64,000 nt of DNA from the human T2T-CHM13v2.0 reference genome, Homo sapiens, in the NCBI GenBank assembly GCA_009914755.4, contig CP086569.2, forward strand, positions 20,480,001-20,544,000, written 5' to 3'. The position numbers and the translations under genes are program-made. Shown here one piece after another: positions 61,580-64,000 of this stretch; positions within the stretch are counted from its first letter, which is position 1, and every line of letters starts with the position of its first letter. The notes under the pieces were generated by a model. It saw only the letters and a program-made list of their open reading frames with translations. It was not told where the DNA came from and searched no databases.

Positions 61580-64000
61580 TAATAGAACTTAGCTGTGAAT
61601 CCATTTTGACATGTGCATTTATTGTTGTTGTTGGGTTTTCCTTTTTATTACTGATTCTAACTCACTGCTTATTATTGGTTTGTCTAGAATTTCTATTCCT
61701 AATTTAAGAATTTTGAATGTTTCCAGAAATTTATCAATTTTCTCTATTTTTGAGTTTGTGTGCAAATACATGTTTATAGTAGTCCCTAAAGATATTTTGT
61801 ATTTCGTAGTGTTTGTTGTATTGTCACAGTTTTCATTGCTAATGAAGCTTGTTTGAATCTTTTTTTTGTTAGTCTAACTAGTAGCCTACTAATTCTATTC
61901 TTTTTTTTTTTCAAAAAAACCATTTTTTTATTTGTCTTTTGGTTTTTCTTTCTCTATTTTATTTAGTTCCACTCTGATCTTTGTCATTTCTTTTTTTTCT
62001 GCTAGCACTGGATTTGGTTTGTTGTTCTTTGCTTACTTTCATGAGGTGTGGTATTATGTTGTCAATTTGTGATATTTCAGACTTTTTGATGTAGGCATTT
62101 AGTGCTATAATCTTTCCTTTTAGCATTTCTTTTGCAGCATCCACAGGTTTTAGTAGCTTGTGTCACTGTTATTCTTCATTTTGAAAAAAAATTTAATTTT
62201 TATTTTGATTTTCTGGTTTATCCCAAAATCATATTTGAGTACATTGTTTAATTTTCAGGTTTTTGTGTAGTTTTAAGAGGTATTTCTTTTTTGGAATTGA
62301 TTTTTTTTTCCAATGTGGTGTGAGAACTTGATCTGATCTCAATTTTCAAAATTTATTGAGACATTTACTAGCCTATCATATGGTCTATCTCAGAGAATGC
62401 TATGTGTACTAATGAGAAGAAAGTATATTTCTATTCTAGATTTTAAGTTAGGAAGGTTGTATGTTTCCAAAAATGTATCTATTTCCTCTGGATTTTTGAG
62501 TTTCTGTGCAAAGATAAGTTCACAGTAGCTTCTAATAATATTTTGTATTGTGTAATATTGGCTGTATGGCCTCTTTTAATTTCTAATTGCGCATGTTGAA
62601 TCCTTTTTTTCTACTTCGGTGAATATTTTGTAAATACCTGTTACATCCATTTGTTGTACAGTGCAGTTTAAGGCCAGATATTTTTGTGTTAATTTTCTGG
62701 CTCAATGATCTGTCTAGTGCTGTCAGTGGAGCATTGAAGTCTTCCCATATTATAGTATTGCTGTCTGTCTATTTTAATTGGTCTATTACTAATTGTTTTA
62801 TAAATTTGTGAGTTCCATAGTTCAGAGCATATTTATTTAGAACTGTAATATTGTCTCATTGGGTTGATTCTTTTATCATTATATGGTAACCTTCTTTGTC
62901 TTTTTACACTATTTCTTGAAAGTCTGTTTATCTAAGAATGGATTCTCCCACACATTTTTGGTTTCCATTTGCATAACGTATCTTTTGCCACACCTTTGCC
63001 TTGGGTCTATAAGAATTAGAATTTTTACGGGTTAAGTGTGTCTCCTGAAGACAGCAGATAGTTGGTTTGTAATTTTTTATGCAATCTGTAAATTCATATA
63101 TTTTAAATTGAGAATTATTATAATTTACGTTCAACATCAATACTGTAATGCAAGGTACTGTTCCACTCATTGCATTGATTCTTACTTAGTGACTTTGTTT
63201 TATTCATAGCATTTTATTTTTTAAGCCTTTTGAATTTTATGCTTTGAGGTATTTCCACTCTGTTTCATACCAAAATTTGTTTTGGATTTAGAACTCATTT
63301 CAGCATTTCTAACAGGGCTTGCCTGATATTGACAAACTCCCTCAATATCCTCTCAACTTTTGCTGGTCAGAGAAGGACTGTTTCTCCTTCATTTATTATG
63401 CTTAGTTTTGGTGGATACAAATTCTTTGGCTGATTAGCTATTTTGTTTAAGAAGACTTGAGATAGGACCCCAATTTTTCCTTGCTTGTAATGTTTCCACT
63501 GAAAATTTTGCTGTTAGTCTGAAAAACTTTCCTTTTTATATTACCTAATGCTTTTATTTCACTGCTGTTAGAATTATTTTCTTCGTGTTGCATTTAAATA
63601 GTGTATTCAATACATGCTTTGTTAATGCCCTTTTTGCAATATATCTCCCAGAAGTTTTTTGAGCTGCTTGTATTTTTACGTTTAAATTTCTAGCAAAGCC
63701 AGAAAAGATTTTCTTAATTATTTTCTCAAGTGGGTTGCTCCAACTTTTTTCTTCTTCTTTTTCTTCAGGAATAGCTATATGTCTTAGATTTGCCATTTTA
63801 CATAATTCTATATTTCTTAGAAATTTATTTTTTCTTCATTTAATCTGATTGGGCTAATTTAAAAGCCTTTTCTTTAAGATTTGAAATTCCTTCTTCTACT
63901 TGTTAAAAATTTCCAAAGCATTTTAAAATTTCCTAAATGTGTCTTTGATTTCTATAAGTTTTGATTGGTTTTTCTCTAAAATAGTTATACCTAGAAACTT
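61580..64000 (-). mobile_element. Ancient LINE-1 (L1M-like, minus), ORF2/ORF1 region, highly decayed, runs off window
   Basis: Minus-strand ORF 62928..63170 …LNVNYNNSQFKIYEFTDCIKNYKPTICCLQETHLTRKNSNSYRPKAKVWQKIRYANGNQKCVG is an L1 endonuclease-domain N-terminus. The surrounding T-rich decayed sequence resembles old L1. Confidence 0.7.

Overview
This window is primate (most likely human) nuclear DNA, not a prokaryotic locus. It is dense in Alu SINEs, LINE-1 copies, an ERV gag-pro-pol remnant and microsatellites. There is no operon, CRISPR array, tRNA, rRNA or defence-system architecture, and I found no novel system.

The only cellular gene is a plus-strand multi-exon gene of the taxilin family. 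Nine exons (13770-30684) are read by hand, all with canonical AG/GT boundaries. Their translation is colinear with gamma-taxilin (FIAT) from the MEEAG N-terminus through the coiled-coil region to the C-terminal stop.

The reading frame is intact except in the third exon. There, a short in-frame insertion creates a TAA (18496-18498). A downstream ATG (19968) reopens a 297-codon ORF through the last exon. This split N-terminal/C-terminal organisation, with otherwise conserved exons, fits the Y-linked gamma-taxilin gametolog. That locus is a transcribed pseudogene, annotated as TXLNGY and earlier as the two units CYorf15A/CYorf15B. The assignment is made from memory of the family and cannot be confirmed here.

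The 5' exon and promoter are not in the window. Upstream of the first visible exon lies a full-length antisense L1 (7020-13180).

Several unrelated items are flagged:
- An intronless ADAM-like fragment (end of disintegrin, cysteine-rich, EGF-like; about 24715-25335) lies inside a taxilin intron.
- A 598-bp retroposed block with 13-bp target-site duplications forms a 320-bp inverted repeat with a local segment.
- An ORF with a strong acceptor and a polyadenylation signal, inside an intron, could be an alternative terminal exon.
- Downstream of the gene is a nest of at least three young antisense L1PA copies, older L1s in both orientations, and a gamma-retrovirus-like gag-pro-pol remnant with remnants of its CCHC, DTGA and YVDD motifs.
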